Origin: Eukaryota sp. TZLM1-RC
Taxonomy: Eukaryota; Protista; Metamonada: BaSk clade
Reading direction: 5' to 3'
Assembly (NCBI GenBank): GCA_040285825.1
Contig: JAUPSS010000002.1
Coordinates: forward strand, 62,001-126,000
DNA length: 64,000 nt
Shown here: positions 43,881 through 56,149 of the stretch, piece by piece
Numbering within the stretch: the first letter of the stretch is position 1
Layout of the letters: each line of letters opens with the position of its first letter
The notes under the pieces: model-generated
The model's database searches: none
What the model was told of the DNA's origin: nothing
What the model saw: only the letters and a program-made list of their open reading frames with translations
Made by a program: the position numbers and the translations under genes

Positions 43881-44915
43881 TGGGGAGGGAGAAAGCTTAT
43901 ATAGTGCAAATTTCAAATTTCAAATAAAATAAATCAACAAGGATGTAACAAGGATGTTGTCAATATTCAATTACTGGAATGTCGATCATTTTAAAAAGGC
44001 TTGTTTTTGTCTGAAAAACTTCCGTACAATTTTCCAAAACAGGGTGATGGAACTTTGTGATATCCAAAAATGGCCTTTTACTTGTATTTATGATATAATT
44101 ACAGTAGCTTTGACCCCATATCATTTTCTTTGCAGAGCATTTTGTAGAAAAATATGCTTTAAAACATACCTGAAAAATTAAAGCACCAGGTATTTTGAAA
44201 GGCCTCCAAAAATCTACACTTTTGTCTTTTCAGAAGAATGTACGAAACATTTGTCCTCTTTTGAGAAAATGCAAAAATATTGGCTTATATGGAATGTACT
44301 TATAACTTAACTATTTTGTTTGGAATAAGGTTAACAAGATAGACCGATTGAAGCATTTATTATGAGAAATTTATTTATTTGTTTTTTAGGTATGAAAAGA
44401 GTGTACGCTTATTCTTGTATGTCAGTTTTTTTGTAGGTTTTGGCGTGTTCCTACAATATAATGGTTTGTTATTTATTGTTGAAATTTATTACCTGCTTGT
44501 TTTTAATGATATGGAGTATCAATTTTTTCTTTTGATGTATTTTTTTGTAGTTTCTTGCTGTATCTTTGAAATGAGCACTTGTATTTTTTTATTTTGTTTA
44601 TTTTGCAGAGGAAAATCTGTGTATTTTTCTGGTGTGATTCAAAACATAACATACCTGTTATGTACGCACTGGATTCGATCTAAAAACCTCCAGATTGGTT
44701 CTTGGTCTACTTTTTATGTTCAAGATTCTTCAAAACAACATCATTAACTTGCCTCTTTTGTCACCAGTATATCATTTGAATCTCCTGTTTTTTGATTGAA
44801 TCCTAATCACGTACCGAAATTGGTTTTCCAAATACTGTATTAAACTTGACTTTGCTCAAGCATACAACCATCTTTATTTGACCAGGACAAAACAATTCTG
44901 TTGAAGAAAGAAAAG

Positions 44916-45152
44916 TTATGTAGTACCATTACGCTCTTGCAGCCTTTTGATCAACCCTTCGATGTGTTTCTTGCGATTCGCGGTCTCTTGATGGTCGATC
45001 TCCAGTGAAAGCTTGATCCAGTCTCCTTCGTGGGCCCCTGAAGGGAGTAACACTACTGGAAGATCTAATTGACATGCCACCTCTGAATCTTCAAATAAAA
45101 CAACAGCCATATCACCTTCGATTCGATCTATACAACCTTTATTGATGGACAT
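44916..45152 (-). CDS. DUF3006-like small protein (prokaryote type)
   Basis: IDRIEGDMAV...LP.GA.EGD...ID..ET..RK..I..L pattern and 78-aa length typical of DUF3006. Confidence 0.8.
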   Translation of the reverse strand: MSINKGCIDRIEGDMAVVLFEDSEVACQLDLPVVLLPSGAHEGDWIKLSLEIDHQETANRKKHIEGLIKRLQERNGTT

Positions 45153-45830
45153 TTACAGTTTTGTTGAGGAGTTAGTGTATTTGATGTTATGGGATACTTT
45201 GAGGAGAGGATTATTTTAAGCTTGAATTTTGTATATATAAAATACATTTTATCAAGAAAAACAATTTTTCCTATTGACAATCAACGTGAAATACTGAGCT
45301 TGCAACACTTTTATGACACCGCTCATGGTGTGGTTCTATCATTCTACCTATGCCAGACAACCATATACGAGATTCTCTAGTAGAAAAACAACTGAGAATA
45401 TGAAATCCTAATTCTTTACAGATGGTTTTCATTTTAGACTTTGGAATGAGTTATTTGATGAAAAGCAGCTATTAGCATTTTTTTTTGCTGAAACTTCAAA
45501 AGGAAATTATTCAACCAAAAAATCTAAATTTCACAATACCAATTCAAGACTCTTGTATTTCGTTCTTCTTAATGAATCTCTGCTATAAAAATATTGTTCC
45601 ATCGGTGATGATAACTCACAAATCAGGATTGTCCTTCTTGATTCATCTGTATTTTTTGAGATAAGGATTAGATCAGGTCTTAACTCAGTCACAACCAAAG
45701 GAACATTTACATAATGATTTGTGTGATAAAATAAATCACACTAAACATCATAATGATCTAGGAAAGGAAGTGAGAGGTTAACAAAACTATTTAAAATTGA
45801 GTCATGTCTCCAGTTAGGTCTATTGAGTGC

Positions 45831-45925
45831 AAGCAGATTAAGATTTTGTAGAGGAAATTTTGGTTCAATGAATTTCGTCCCATTAGTTATGATTTTATTT
45901 TGTCAAGTGTGTAAGTTTAATAAAA
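45831..45925 (+). mobile_element. Diverged 3' tail fragment of CRE-like family 1
   Basis: AAGATTTTGTAGAGGAAATTTTGG...CGTCCCATTAGTTATGAT...AATAAA. Confidence 0.8.
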
Positions 45926-46079
45926 GTTAATTGTCTAGAGTCCCTTAGTTTATATTATGTAGGTTTTAAATGCAATTATTTTTATCCTAACCTTATTCTA
46001 ACACTTCGGCAAGAATGATCGGATGATTATCATATCGGCTAATACTATTAATGAGTACCACCTTCAAGACGTTCAAGCA

Positions 46080-47845
46080 TTAAATCACCTCTATTTCGAC
46101 CAAAAAATACAAAGTATCTTGATCAGCCAAACGGGAAAGTAATGGTTCTAAATAGGAAACAATTCTATGTGATTTTGACATACAATAGAGTTGATGTCTT
46201 ACTGCATCATGAACTTTTGATCGGAAACTAATAAAATGTTTGCAATGGAATAAATGATTTGGAGAAATTTTTGATCCAAATTTACAAATCAAATTATGAG
46301 GCACGTTATCAGGGCAAATGAAACATTGAAGGCGCATTGTACAGGAAAATTCGGTATCATCTAAAAGAAGACCATAAATTTGAGGAATCTGAGTAATTAA
46401 ACACGAAGTGGAACTGTTTTGGGCATCTGACAAAAAATTTGCGAAAGCGGAATTATCTTTTTTGGCTGAGCCAAGACGAACATTAAAATCCAAGTCTTCG
46501 AAAATTTTTGTTAACTTTTGTTGCAATTTTTTAGAAGAGAATATTTATTGAATTTGCACACTTAATTAAATTAACTCAGAACTAATGGGACGACTATCAT
46601 TGAACCAAGATTTCCTCTACAAAATCTTGATCTGCTTGCTGTCTAGCTAAAGCTTCTCTTATTCGATTGAAAAACCGTGGTAATCTATTAATAATGGCAA
46701 ATTGAATCCGTGAACGCCATAAAAAATATCAAATCTTTTCATTGTTTTTTCTTGCACCATTTTTTGGAAGTCATTCAAAAAAGTTTCTGCTTCATCTGAT
46801 AATTGCAATTTTTTAACACAATATCTCAAATTAACTAGTGTTCTAGATGGTATTTCTTGCATATTGTCGGGAGAACTTTTACACCAGATTTCAGAGGGCA
46901 AACAATCAAGAGCATTTTGTAGGTCTCTAAGAAAATTATTGCTTGTAAAATTCAATAAATTAACATCATTGAGAAAACGGTTGCAAAATTCAAAAACAAA
47001 ATTTTTCCCTCCACCACGAAAGGCAGCTTGACAGAGAATAGACGATTTAGTGAAAGTTATTCCACCAAAATTAGATGATGAAAATACATGACTTCGAATC
47101 AGTTCAGGATTGACTTCAATCAAAGATGCAAACAATTTTGTTCTCAAATAGTTTAAATGAGCGGCAAAACTCACGTGAAATATCAAGAGATGTTGTTCTT
47201 AAAATGTGAGTAATTTTACTGAAGTAGCAAATTTTTAAGATAAAAAACTTAATATGTTTCTCAATTTCAAATGACGAAATTGTGTCAAGTTCAGAACCCA
47301 ATTTATTTAAAAGATTATTTAATTCTTCAGTAATTTATGGAACATTTCCAAGCCAGCATCCTATGAAACGAAAAGCATATGAGGAATAGTTAAGAAAAGG
47401 AATTTCAACACCATCAATGGTTAATCTATCTTTTACATTTCCTATGAGAAGACATTTGTCGGCATTAAGCAAAAGACCAATATCTTTGTAAAACAGTGAG
47501 GCTTCAGAAGCAATTTCATTTAAATTATTTAATGGACCAATAATTGAGATATCATCCATGTATCCTACTATCTTCAACATCGGATAGCGATTACTGAAAT
47601 GAATCAAAGACTTGTGAATTGCTAAGCAAAAGAGTAATGGCCCAAGGGGATCACCTTGCTTAACTCCAGAAGACGAAAATAGTGTATGAGATTCATAAAT
47701 TAGTTCACTAGATTTACCATAAAATAAATCAAAATAGTTGCATAATTCTGGAAATTTTTTTCGGATAACATCAAAAACTGCACTTCGATGTACAGAATTG
47801 AAAGCATTCTTAAAATCCAAATTGAAAATATATATCTGATTATTA
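46080..47845 (-). mobile_element. Degenerate CRE-like non-LTR retrotransposon (family 2a)
   Basis: DFKNAFNS, GVKQGDPLGPLLF, GYMDD, GGITF, HLFHC..HDAV spread over several broken ORFs. Confidence 0.88.
46534..46802 (-). mobile_element. Family 1 CRE 3' fragment nested in the family 2a element
   Basis: 13-bp TSD TTGCAATTTTTTA (46521-46533 / 46803-46815). Confidence 0.9.
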
Positions 47846-47849
47846 GACT

Positions 47850-50260
47850 TAAAAAATGAAATTTCAAGTGCAGCAAGCCTGATGTTTGTCCTTTTTGGAT
47901 TGAAAATCCAATTTCTGCAATTGAAGTTCTCAAAGCTATTAAAAATCTACCAAAAGGAAAAGCTGCAGGCCCATCTGGAATTTCTTTTGATCTGTTAAAA
48001 ATAGCGTGCTCCAGTGCTCCCGAAATTGCTGAAGATCTTGCCCATTGTTTTCAACAATTAATTGTTTTCAAAATTAATCCTCCTTTTGAATTACTTGTTG
48101 CACGTCTGATTGCTTCAGTAAAGCCAGGTAATGGAATTAAACCTGATAAACGCCAAATTGCCGTTCGTGAATCTTTATCTTGTTTGTTAGCATTGATTGT
48201 CTTCGATCGTGTCAAAGACAAAGCTTCTAAATTTTTGAATCCTCATCAATTTGGAATAAAAACAATTGATGGTGCTTCGGTTGCTGCTCTTGCCTCTGAT
48301 ATTTTTTTAATGCAGAGGAAAATAACTTTATTTTTAATCTTGACTTTAAAAATGCCTTTAATTCTGTAGAGCGAAAAGCAATTTTTGAAGTAATTAAATC
48401 TGATTTTCCTAAGCTATCTAGTTTTTTCTACCAATTTTATGGTAAAGCATCAGATTTAATATTTAATTCATTTGGTTTAAAATCATCTGGTGTGAAACAA
48501 GGTGATCCTTTAGGGCCATTATTGTTTTGTTCAGCTATTCACAAAACTTTAAATATCATTAAGCAAAAATACCCTTCTATAAAAATAGTTGCTTTTATGG
48601 ATAATATATCCTTGATTTGTTCATTTGATTTACTAGAATTGGTTGCTCAAGAAATTGCCGAATTATATGATAATATTGGGCTTCATCTTAATGCGAGCAA
48701 ATCCTTTCTGATTGGCTCTGCTGCTCAAGATCTTGTGATAAACGATTCTGTTGTCCCTTTTACTAATTAAAGCAGTGATGCTTTTAAGTTACTTGGTTGT
48801 TGGTTAGGAAATGTGCCTCAAATTCAGAATGAATTACAAGTTATTTTGGAGAAAATTAAAATTGAACTTGATTCAATTTCTTCTTTAGATTAAGAAAAGC
48901 ATATTAAGTTTTTTGTGCCTAAAATTTGCTATACTGGGAGAATAGCCCACATTTTGAGATCTTGTGCTCTTTCCATAGCTTTAGTTTTTTGTCGTTCCTT
49001 TGATTCATTGAGAACAGAATTTTTCGCTAGTTTATTGGATGTAGAACCAGGAATGTTGAAGAATCACTTATTTTCTTCAGCAAATTTGGGTGGTATTGGA
49101 TTTACTAAATCTTCTATTTTGTGTCAATCAGCATTTTTGGGTGGAGGCAAGAATTATATTTATGAATTTTCTCGTAGATTTCCTGAAGATTCTCATCTGT
49201 TAGTTCCCAGTTGCAGTCCTTATTTGAATGAGTTCTCTTGTAACCTTGATAGATTGCCACCACAAATTTGGATTAAATGTTTTCCCCAATCAATTCAAGA
49301 AATTCCAAACCGATCTCATTTTAATTTGCAGAAATTGCTGTAAAAAGCTTCAACAAGAATTGTCAAATATTTTTGAAAGCTTGGAATTTGATGTTAGACT
49401 TGGCTTGGCCAAGAAAAAGAATCCCGCTTTTGCAAATCTTTTACAAGATATGTGTGATAGTACTTCTTCTACCTTAGTAACAACAATTCCTCAAGTTTAT
49501 GGTTCTCTCTTAACCGATTCTGCTTGGACTTTGAATATGAGATTTCCTTCCTTTATCTGACCTGATAATTTACCTCATAATTTAATTTGTAAATGTTCTC
49601 GAAAAATTACAATTACTCATTTGTTAAATTATAAACATTTTATTACTTTTAGAAGCAAGGTTCACGATGCTTCAAGAGACCAATTATATTGTATGTGTAA
49701 GTCTCATAGAATTCAAATTTTCGTTGGAACCTCTGTTGTCAAATCTGTTTGATACTGAAGATGATTTTCATAAGAATAATAGAGGTGATGTCATATTACC
49801 TGGATTAGATGGAAGCTTCATCTGGATGTAATGTCTGTTGATCCTTGTAATGCCTCAAATGAAAAGCTTGTTAATTCTGAAATTCATAATCCTCTTTCAA
49901 ATGTTGAAAATTTCAAAATCGAAAAATACAACGAACTTTTGTCCAAATTGTTCAGCCAACAGCATGCAAAATACAACTTGTATCCATTTGGTTTTTTTCC
50001 ATTTGGTTCACTTGCTCCCACGGCTATACGTTTTTTGGCAGACTTTGAAGTGATTGTTAAGAGAAGAACTGACAGAAATTTCAACAGATTTTTTTGGCAA
50101 AATAGAATTGTGTGTTCTATTTTTAAGGGGATGTTGAAGATGGTTTCTGATGCTTTGCTTTCTTTTGGATCTCACTATGAGAGAGTTGCATCTAGTGTTT
50201 TTGTTTTGGGAGAGATGGATAATTTAGATGTTGATTTATAGGTTTTTAATAAAAAAATAT
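47850..50260 (+). mobile_element. Degenerate CRE-like non-LTR retrotransposon (family 2b)
   Basis: LPKGKAAGPSG, DFKNAF, KQGDPLGPLLF, FMDN (mutated YMDD), GGIGF, RGDV, K.EKY; ORF end at 50241 followed by AATAAAAAAA. Confidence 0.88.
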
Positions 50261-50482
50261 TGAAAAAATTCTACATTACTCTTTGAAAATAATAAGAATT
50301 TTCACTAAATTAATTTTAAAATCCATTAACTGAATGATAATATCTTGTGACTCAAGGGATGAGCTATTCCCATCTGTTTCCAGTCGTTTAACACCATCTC
50401 TGAAGTCAAAATCGTATTTTTTATAAGGAAACAGAAAATGTGGAAAATGATTCCACATTTGTTTCAACCATTACATCTTCCA

Positions 50483-51280
50483 ATGAGTAGATCCAAAGAT
50501 AGACGTGATATCTATTATAGACTTGCGAAGGAGCAACAATTTAGGGCTAGGTCTGCATTCAAGCTTATTCAAATTGACGAGACCTTTAATTGTCTTTCTG
50601 ATGTTACTCGTGCAGTTGACCTGTGTGCAGCCCCGGGTTCATTTTCCCAGGTGTTATCCTCCAGAATTCCTCCGTCAAAAGATAGACGAATTGTTAGTGT
50701 TGATTTAAATGAAATGGCACCAATAGATGGTGTACAACTTCTCCAAGGGGATATTACATGTAGATCAACAGCCCTCAAAGTAATTGAATTGTTAGATGGT
50801 CATGCTGACTTTGTGTGTAGTGATGGAGCTCCTGACGTCAGTGGATTGGAACAGCTTGACCAATACCTTCAAAATACACTAGTCATTGCTGCCCTTAACA
50901 TCGCCACTGCTGTGTTGAGGCCTAAAGGTACCTTTGTAGCAAAGATATTCAGAGGCAAGGCGGTTTCTATAATGTATTCCCAGCTTTCTGTTTTATTCAA
51001 CACTGTCCATATTGTTAAACCTAGGTCTAGCAGAAATTCATCATTAGAGGCTTTTGTTGTTTGTTTAGACTTTAACCCTCCACATGGTTATATGTCTCCT
51101 TTGTTGTCTGGTGAGGAGGTAGAGATGCCGACAGAGACATCAAAGCTCCTTCCTTTGCTAAAATGCGGAGACCTCTCCAGTTTTGATTCAAATATGTCTT
51201 ATGAAGTTGAAAGTGATGAAGTTTTGCCACCAGTTCAGCCTCCAATATCAGCTCCTTATACAGATATACTGAAAAATTAG
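50483..51280 (+). CDS. TRM7: tRNA (cytidine32/guanosine34-2'-O)-methyltransferase TRM7/FTSJ1
   Basis: MSRSKDRRDIYYRLAKE..FRARSAFKL, VDLCAAPGS, SDGAPDVSG, KIFRG, KPRSSRNSS.EAF, PVQPPISAPY; likely start is the ATG at 50483. Confidence 0.95.
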   Translation: MSRSKDRRDIYYRLAKEQQFRARSAFKLIQIDETFNCLSDVTRAVDLCAAPGSFSQVLSSRIPPSKDRRIVSVDLNEMAPIDGVQLLQGDITCRSTALKVIELLDGHADFVCSDGAPDVSGLEQLDQYLQNTLVIAALNIATAVLRPKGTFVAKIFRGKAVSIMYSQLSVLFNTVHIVKPRSSRNSSLEAFVVCLDFNPPHGYMSPLLSGEEVEMPTETSKLLPLLKCGDLSSFDSNMSYEVESDEVLPPVQPPISAPYTDILKN

Positions 51281-51426
51281 CAAATTGTTTATTCAACTAG
51301 TTTAGTTTTAACAAAATATACAAAATTAACTTTAAAGCTTTCTATATTAAATTATAGTACAATAAATAAATTAATTCCAAAAAATCTGAAAATGTAATGA
51401 TTCATTACTAATGATACTGTGACAAG

Positions 51427-54400
51427 TTACCTAGCAAAAGCACTTCTTAGATCCTCAATCGCAACCAAATAAACCCAAATTGAAAACAAGCTACCTGGAT
51501 AACCCTTGACAAATACAGCCAAGCCAAACTCTACATTGGGGGAATAAATCTTGAAAACACCAGACTTTTCAATGAAATTCAGGATTGTAATGTCATCAGT
51601 GTAGTTGAAATGCAAAGGAAAGCCCACCAAGTGATAACTTTTGCGAATTTTGGACATTAAAGAATCATATTCAGTTGTGAGAAAGGCCTTCTCTTGCACT
51701 CTTGAAGACTCTAGTCGTTGTAAAATGTGTTTCAAGCTAGGATTTATGGACAGATTAAACCTTGTCGGGTGATGTCCTCGAAGCTTTCCAACCAAAATTC
51801 TAATCTTTTCTCTTAGTCTTTCCTCAATTCTTAACCCGATACTAGGAATAGAATCAGGAATATTGAGAGTTTTGCCCTGTAATGACCTCCATTTTGATTG
51901 TTGATGTTTAAAGAGGGGTGACCAGTGGTTAGAATCGGAAATATTGTATGAAATAGAATTTGGTGACACATGAGCTGACACGTTGGCATAAAAATTTGAA
52001 CAATTGACAAGTGAATAAACTCTGGTTAAAGGTAATTCCACATCATTACCGAGATAACTAACCCCTCTTGTACAATCATAATAGATCACGTCTTTTGATG
52101 AAGCAATAGACTCAAAATTCGCAGGAATTTGCAAGACAAAAACACCCAAATGAACCAGATTGGTACCTCCAAAAACCAGATAAATCTTATCATTTGGATT
52201 TAATTTGATCAAGCAATTAGCAAACAAAATGGCGTGTTCAGCAGAATCACCACCTCCAATTGCCAAAAATTCTTCACAAGTAGTGAAGACAAACTTCCTA
52301 CCAATAAAACCTACGGCGTCTGTCACTGATGGAATAAGTGACACCCAGTGGAGAAGAAGGGGAATGGTAGTTAGGGTTTGTGGGGGGTCAATACCATCAC
52401 TGCGGAGGTAACGACAAATCAAGACCGCAGATGCCGTTAGGTTTGGGACAATGGGAAGGAAAGTTCTGTCCTTGAATCGACTGCCAAGAGAATTTGTCCA
52501 GTTTAAAACCCTATCAATCAGCTCCTTACTTTCCACTCGTGAAAGATAGGTTGGCTCCCTTGATATTTTGAGCGGCGGTAATGGATTAAGTGACAACACG
52601 ACCGTGACAGAGAAGGTGTGGTCAGTATCGACAGTAGTATTCTGATGAAACGAACGAAGAGATGATGAGAATTGATTACTTCGGGTAACGATAGGGGTAG
52701 TTCCAATCATTTTTGATTGATTGAGACTGTCGACGTCATCAACTTCTGTCCCTGGCGGTAAATAACCCTCTACAAAGGGAGGAAACTCTAACGAAAAAGT
52801 TCCTTCAAGTCGTGCCGATTTTTGAGCTCCAATCAGAATTGATTGAAAAGGGATCGACACAGTTCCTAAAAACCTCTTTTCCTTTCGTAAATTAATAGAA
52901 TGTGTATCACGATCATCGTGTGGATTAGGCAGTAAAACTTCATCAAAAATAGATAGAGTCACATCAGCATCAATCGAGGTAATTTGATTGGAATTTGATT
53001 GAATTCCTAAAGGTAATGTAAGAGTTTCACCCCAAGCAGGTTTTGAAGATGAACTTGGCGAGGTGTGGGCAGTCTGATTACGGAAAGTTGCCTGGAGAAC
53101 AGGTGCAACTGATTTGTGATCAATGGGGGTCAACAATGATGATTGATTGTTTTCTATTGACTTTCTGACAGGCACATTGGAGGCCCTGACAGCTTGAATC
53201 GAAAGAGAAAGTTCCTGTCCATGCCCCACACCAGACTTAAATATATTATTTCTTGGTTGGGGTTTAAGTGGCCTTCTTGGTTTGAGCAGGTCAAAAATAG
53301 CTGAATTTTGATCTTCATCAACCCTTCGTGGGGGTCCAATCACAAGGTCATCATAGGCAATCATTTTTGATAGAGTTGCTTGAAGTGCTAAATTACTTTT
53401 TCTAAATTTGGAAACAAAACTTTGCTCTTCATCTTCATCTTTCAATAAAGATGATTCATTTAATTTTCTTTTACTATTTGCTAATCTTCTTCTTAGAGCA
53501 ATAGATGGAGTTAATGTTAAATCAACATGTTCAGCTGATTGTGATTGAGTTTCTGATTGAGGAATTTCTATAGAGGAAACTTGACTGGTTGCCGTTCCAA
53601 TCATTTTTGATTGAATACTGGGAAGGAAACTGATTGTATCAGTCAGAGGACCAGGAATCCATGAACAAGCAGCAGAAAGCTCGGCCGAAAATCCTTCAAC
53701 ACTTGATAAATCAAAGTAGGCATTCGAATTCAAAGGAAATGGTGAGGTATAAGTGATATCATCAAAGGAAACAGTCAGAAACAATGATTGAGGATCAGGA
53801 GGATAATCAAAATTAATTGATTGCGAGTGATCAAGCCTAGTGTCCGGTTGATTGAAGCTGATTTTGAACTTTTCAGAAAACAAAACTTTACTTTTTGAAT
53901 AAATTTCCACACTACCAACAATACGATCAAGTTTATTTGCACTCCCTTTCCATTTTCTTGATAAAACCTGGTCTACAATCGATTTCTGATAGCCCACAAC
54001 AGGTAAACTCTTGGATTCAAGTGTATCAAAACAAAAGTTCAGAATTCTCAAAATTTCTTGTGTTTCTGAGTTTTGGGAAAGATTTTCCAAAACTGGGTAA
54101 TTATTAATAGATATCCCCGGCTTCATCACTAAGCTAGTTAACGTAAAACCAGATCTGATTCGTTCTTTGCAAAGGGATTTATACAATTTCAAAACATTTA
54201 ACAAAACATTGGAGAAATTATTTAGCAAATCAATAGACTGCTCTACATCTACCTGATTAACAGACCCTTCACTAGTGAAGTGGATGAGGAAGGAAGAGAA
54301 ATGACGATAAGCTCGCAATAATTCAAAGCCAATACGATGTTCTTCTGATAACAATGGATGGGTTCCGATAGCTACCCTGTCAATGACGAATCTGAACTCA

Positions 54401-54750
54401 CCAGGGGACGACTGTTTGGAAGAAAGAGATGAAAAAGGAGGGAGTCGAGAAAGAGTAAGTTCTGGGTTGTCGAGAGAGGAGGAAATGAGGTGGTGTAGAC
54501 GTGGATCTGGGGGAGGAAGTTTGATTGTCGAAAATAAAGACAAGGGGTTTTCAATGTCATTGTCTTCATTTGACGTCACAGGAAGAAAAGGAGGACGAGG
54601 AAGGGGCTGAGATTGATAGAGCCAAGATGCAGAGAGAGATGGGGGTGTAACTGTAGGTTGAAAAGGTGTTCGTAGGACAGTGTCCGCATTGAGGTTCGGT
54701 ACAGGTGGGGGTTTACGTACTACGGGTGTGAGATAGGATTCGGTGTTCAT
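51427..54750 (-). CDS. CC2D2A: CC2D2A/MKS6-like ciliary transition-zone protein
   Basis: C2 domain (RASNVPVR..PAWGETL..FDEV..RFLG.V.IPF), GDSAEHAILF and C-terminal FGLAVFVKGYP..SIWVYL, as in CC2D2A. Confidence 0.85.
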   Translation of the reverse strand: MNTESYLTPVVRKPPPVPNLNADTVLRTPFQPTVTPPSLSASWLYQSQPLPRPPFLPVTSNEDNDIENPLSLFSTIKLPPPDPRLHHLISSSLDNPELTLSRLPPFSSLSSKQSSPGEFRFVIDRVAIGTHPLLSEEHRIGFELLRAYRHFSSFLIHFTSEGSVNQVDVEQSIDLLNNFSNVLLNVLKLYKSLCKERIRSGFTLTSLVMKPGISINNYPVLENLSQNSETQEILRILNFCFDTLESKSLPVVGYQKSIVDQVLSRKWKGSANKLDRIVGSVEIYSKSKVLFSEKFKISFNQPDTRLDHSQSINFDYPPDPQSLFLTVSFDDITYTSPFPLNSNAYFDLSSVEGFSAELSAACSWIPGPLTDTISFLPSIQSKMIGTATSQVSSIEIPQSETQSQSAEHVDLTLTPSIALRRRLANSKRKLNESSLLKDEDEEQSFVSKFRKSNLALQATLSKMIAYDDLVIGPPRRVDEDQNSAIFDLLKPRRPLKPQPRNNIFKSGVGHGQELSLSIQAVRASNVPVRKSIENNQSSLLTPIDHKSVAPVLQATFRNQTAHTSPSSSSKPAWGETLTLPLGIQSNSNQITSIDADVTLSIFDEVLLPNPHDDRDTHSINLRKEKRFLGTVSIPFQSILIGAQKSARLEGTFSLEFPPFVEGYLPPGTEVDDVDSLNQSKMIGTTPIVTRSNQFSSSLRSFHQNTTVDTDHTFSVTVVLSLNPLPPLKISREPTYLSRVESKELIDRVLNWTNSLGSRFKDRTFLPIVPNLTASAVLICRYLRSDGIDPPQTLTTIPLLLHWVSLIPSVTDAVGFIGRKFVFTTCEEFLAIGGGDSAEHAILFANCLIKLNPNDKIYLVFGGTNLVHLGVFVLQIPANFESIASSKDVIYYDCTRGVSYLGNDVELPLTRVYSLVNCSNFYANVSAHVSPNSISYNISDSNHWSPLFKHQQSKWRSLQGKTLNIPDSIPSIGLRIEERLREKIRILVGKLRGHHPTRFNLSINPSLKHILQRLESSRVQEKAFLTTEYDSLMSKIRKSYHLVGFPLHFNYTDDITILNFIEKSGVFKIYSPNVEFGLAVFVKGYPGSLFSIWVYLVAIEDLRSAFAR

Positions 54751-55299
54751 TCTCTACATTGATGTTGAGTCGAAGGGTTGGAAGTAATGTACACGTATTC
54801 ATCTTCTAAAAACACTTGTTTTGTACACGTGTTCGAACACCGCATACTTAATCACAGTTCTTTTACTTTCCACAATTCCATCAATTGTCCAAACAAGACA
54901 TGCTCTTTTTGACAGATAGATCTTGAAGAACTTTTTTTAGATCCCTATCATCACGAGAATCTTGTTTACAGTTCAGGGTTTTTGTTTTGTAAATTATGTG
55001 AGTCTGACCTGATGTATTAGTGAACCATGTTGAGGAAACAGACAAAGAGTGAACAAGACTGATTTGATGTTGTTAGGTAAAAAACAAATACTTAAAAGTT
55101 ACAGAAAACACTAGGTGTGCATAACACCGCATTCGTGTTAATCTGTTGAAAACACGTGTTTCACGCGCCTGTTCGAACACTAGTGCCCCAGCACGTGCCA
55201 TGATTTTTGTACTAGGGTGAAAACCTTTTCATATGCATTTCCCTCCCACCCCATTCTTGGCCAACGGGTTAGTATAAAAACGTCACAGAGACATTTTAC

Positions 55300-56080
55300 A
55301 AAGTCTGAAAAAGATTATGGTAGACTCTGGTGACTATTGCAATAAAAGGACAATTAATTTCAAACCGAAACAAAGAAATTCGTCTTTTCAAGCAAAGAAA
55401 ATGTTCCTGAGAGGTAGATATGGACGTGGTAAATCAATACTTCTTCGGGAAAATTGGCAGATAAAATTGGTGAAAAACTTGAAGCCCTTCATCCAACTGA
55501 AAATTTTTTTGCCCAAATGAGCCTTCAGTTTGTTAAAATTGGCTCCAAAATCATTTTCAGCCTCAAGAAGTTTTGTATGACATTGCTAAATTACCAAAAG
55601 AAAAAGCTGCTGGGCCTTCAGGCATTTCATTTGATTTGTTAAAAACTGCTTGTAAAGATTCTCCTGAAATTTCTGAGAATCTTGCCAGTAATTTTCAATG
55701 TGTTTAAATTATGTTCCTCCTCCTGAATTGAGTGCTGCCCGTTTAGTTGCTTTAGTTAAGCCTGCAAAACTCAACAAACCAGATGGAATTACACCCATTG
55801 CTATTCGAGAGTTTTTAAACAGATTGCATTTTTTCACTAATTTTCAACAGAAATTCTACTGCGGCGAGGGATTTTTTGAAGCCTTTCCAATTTGTTATTA
55901 AAACCATTAAAGGTGCTTCTGTTGTTTCAATGATTTCAGCTGTTTTTTCAATAGTCAGCAACATCAATATATTTTCAATTTGGATTTTAAAAATGCTTTT
56001 TTTGCCTGAAAAAGCTTCAACACCATTTGGTTAAATTTTATGAAAGCTTGGATTATGAAGTAAGACTTGGTGTGGTCAAA
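55300..56080 (+). mobile_element. Heavily degraded, internally deleted CRE-like fragment
   Basis: LPKEKAAGPSGISFDLLK, ARLVALVKP..DGITPIA, LDFKNAF, then a jump to ESLDYEVRLG. Confidence 0.75.
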
Positions 56081-56149
56081 ACAAAATTTTTTTTTCGCTT
56101 ACGGAAATTTTTTTAAATAACATTCGTAATAGTTCTGTTTTTTTAATAA

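Noticed and set aside
44379-44747. 122-aa hydrophobic ORF
   Set aside because: T-rich low-complexity sequence with a TTG start; likely spurious.
46080-50260. Back-to-back CRE pieces as a single twin-priming inversion
   Set aside because: Both halves contain the same RT motifs with clearly different sequences, so they are separate elements.
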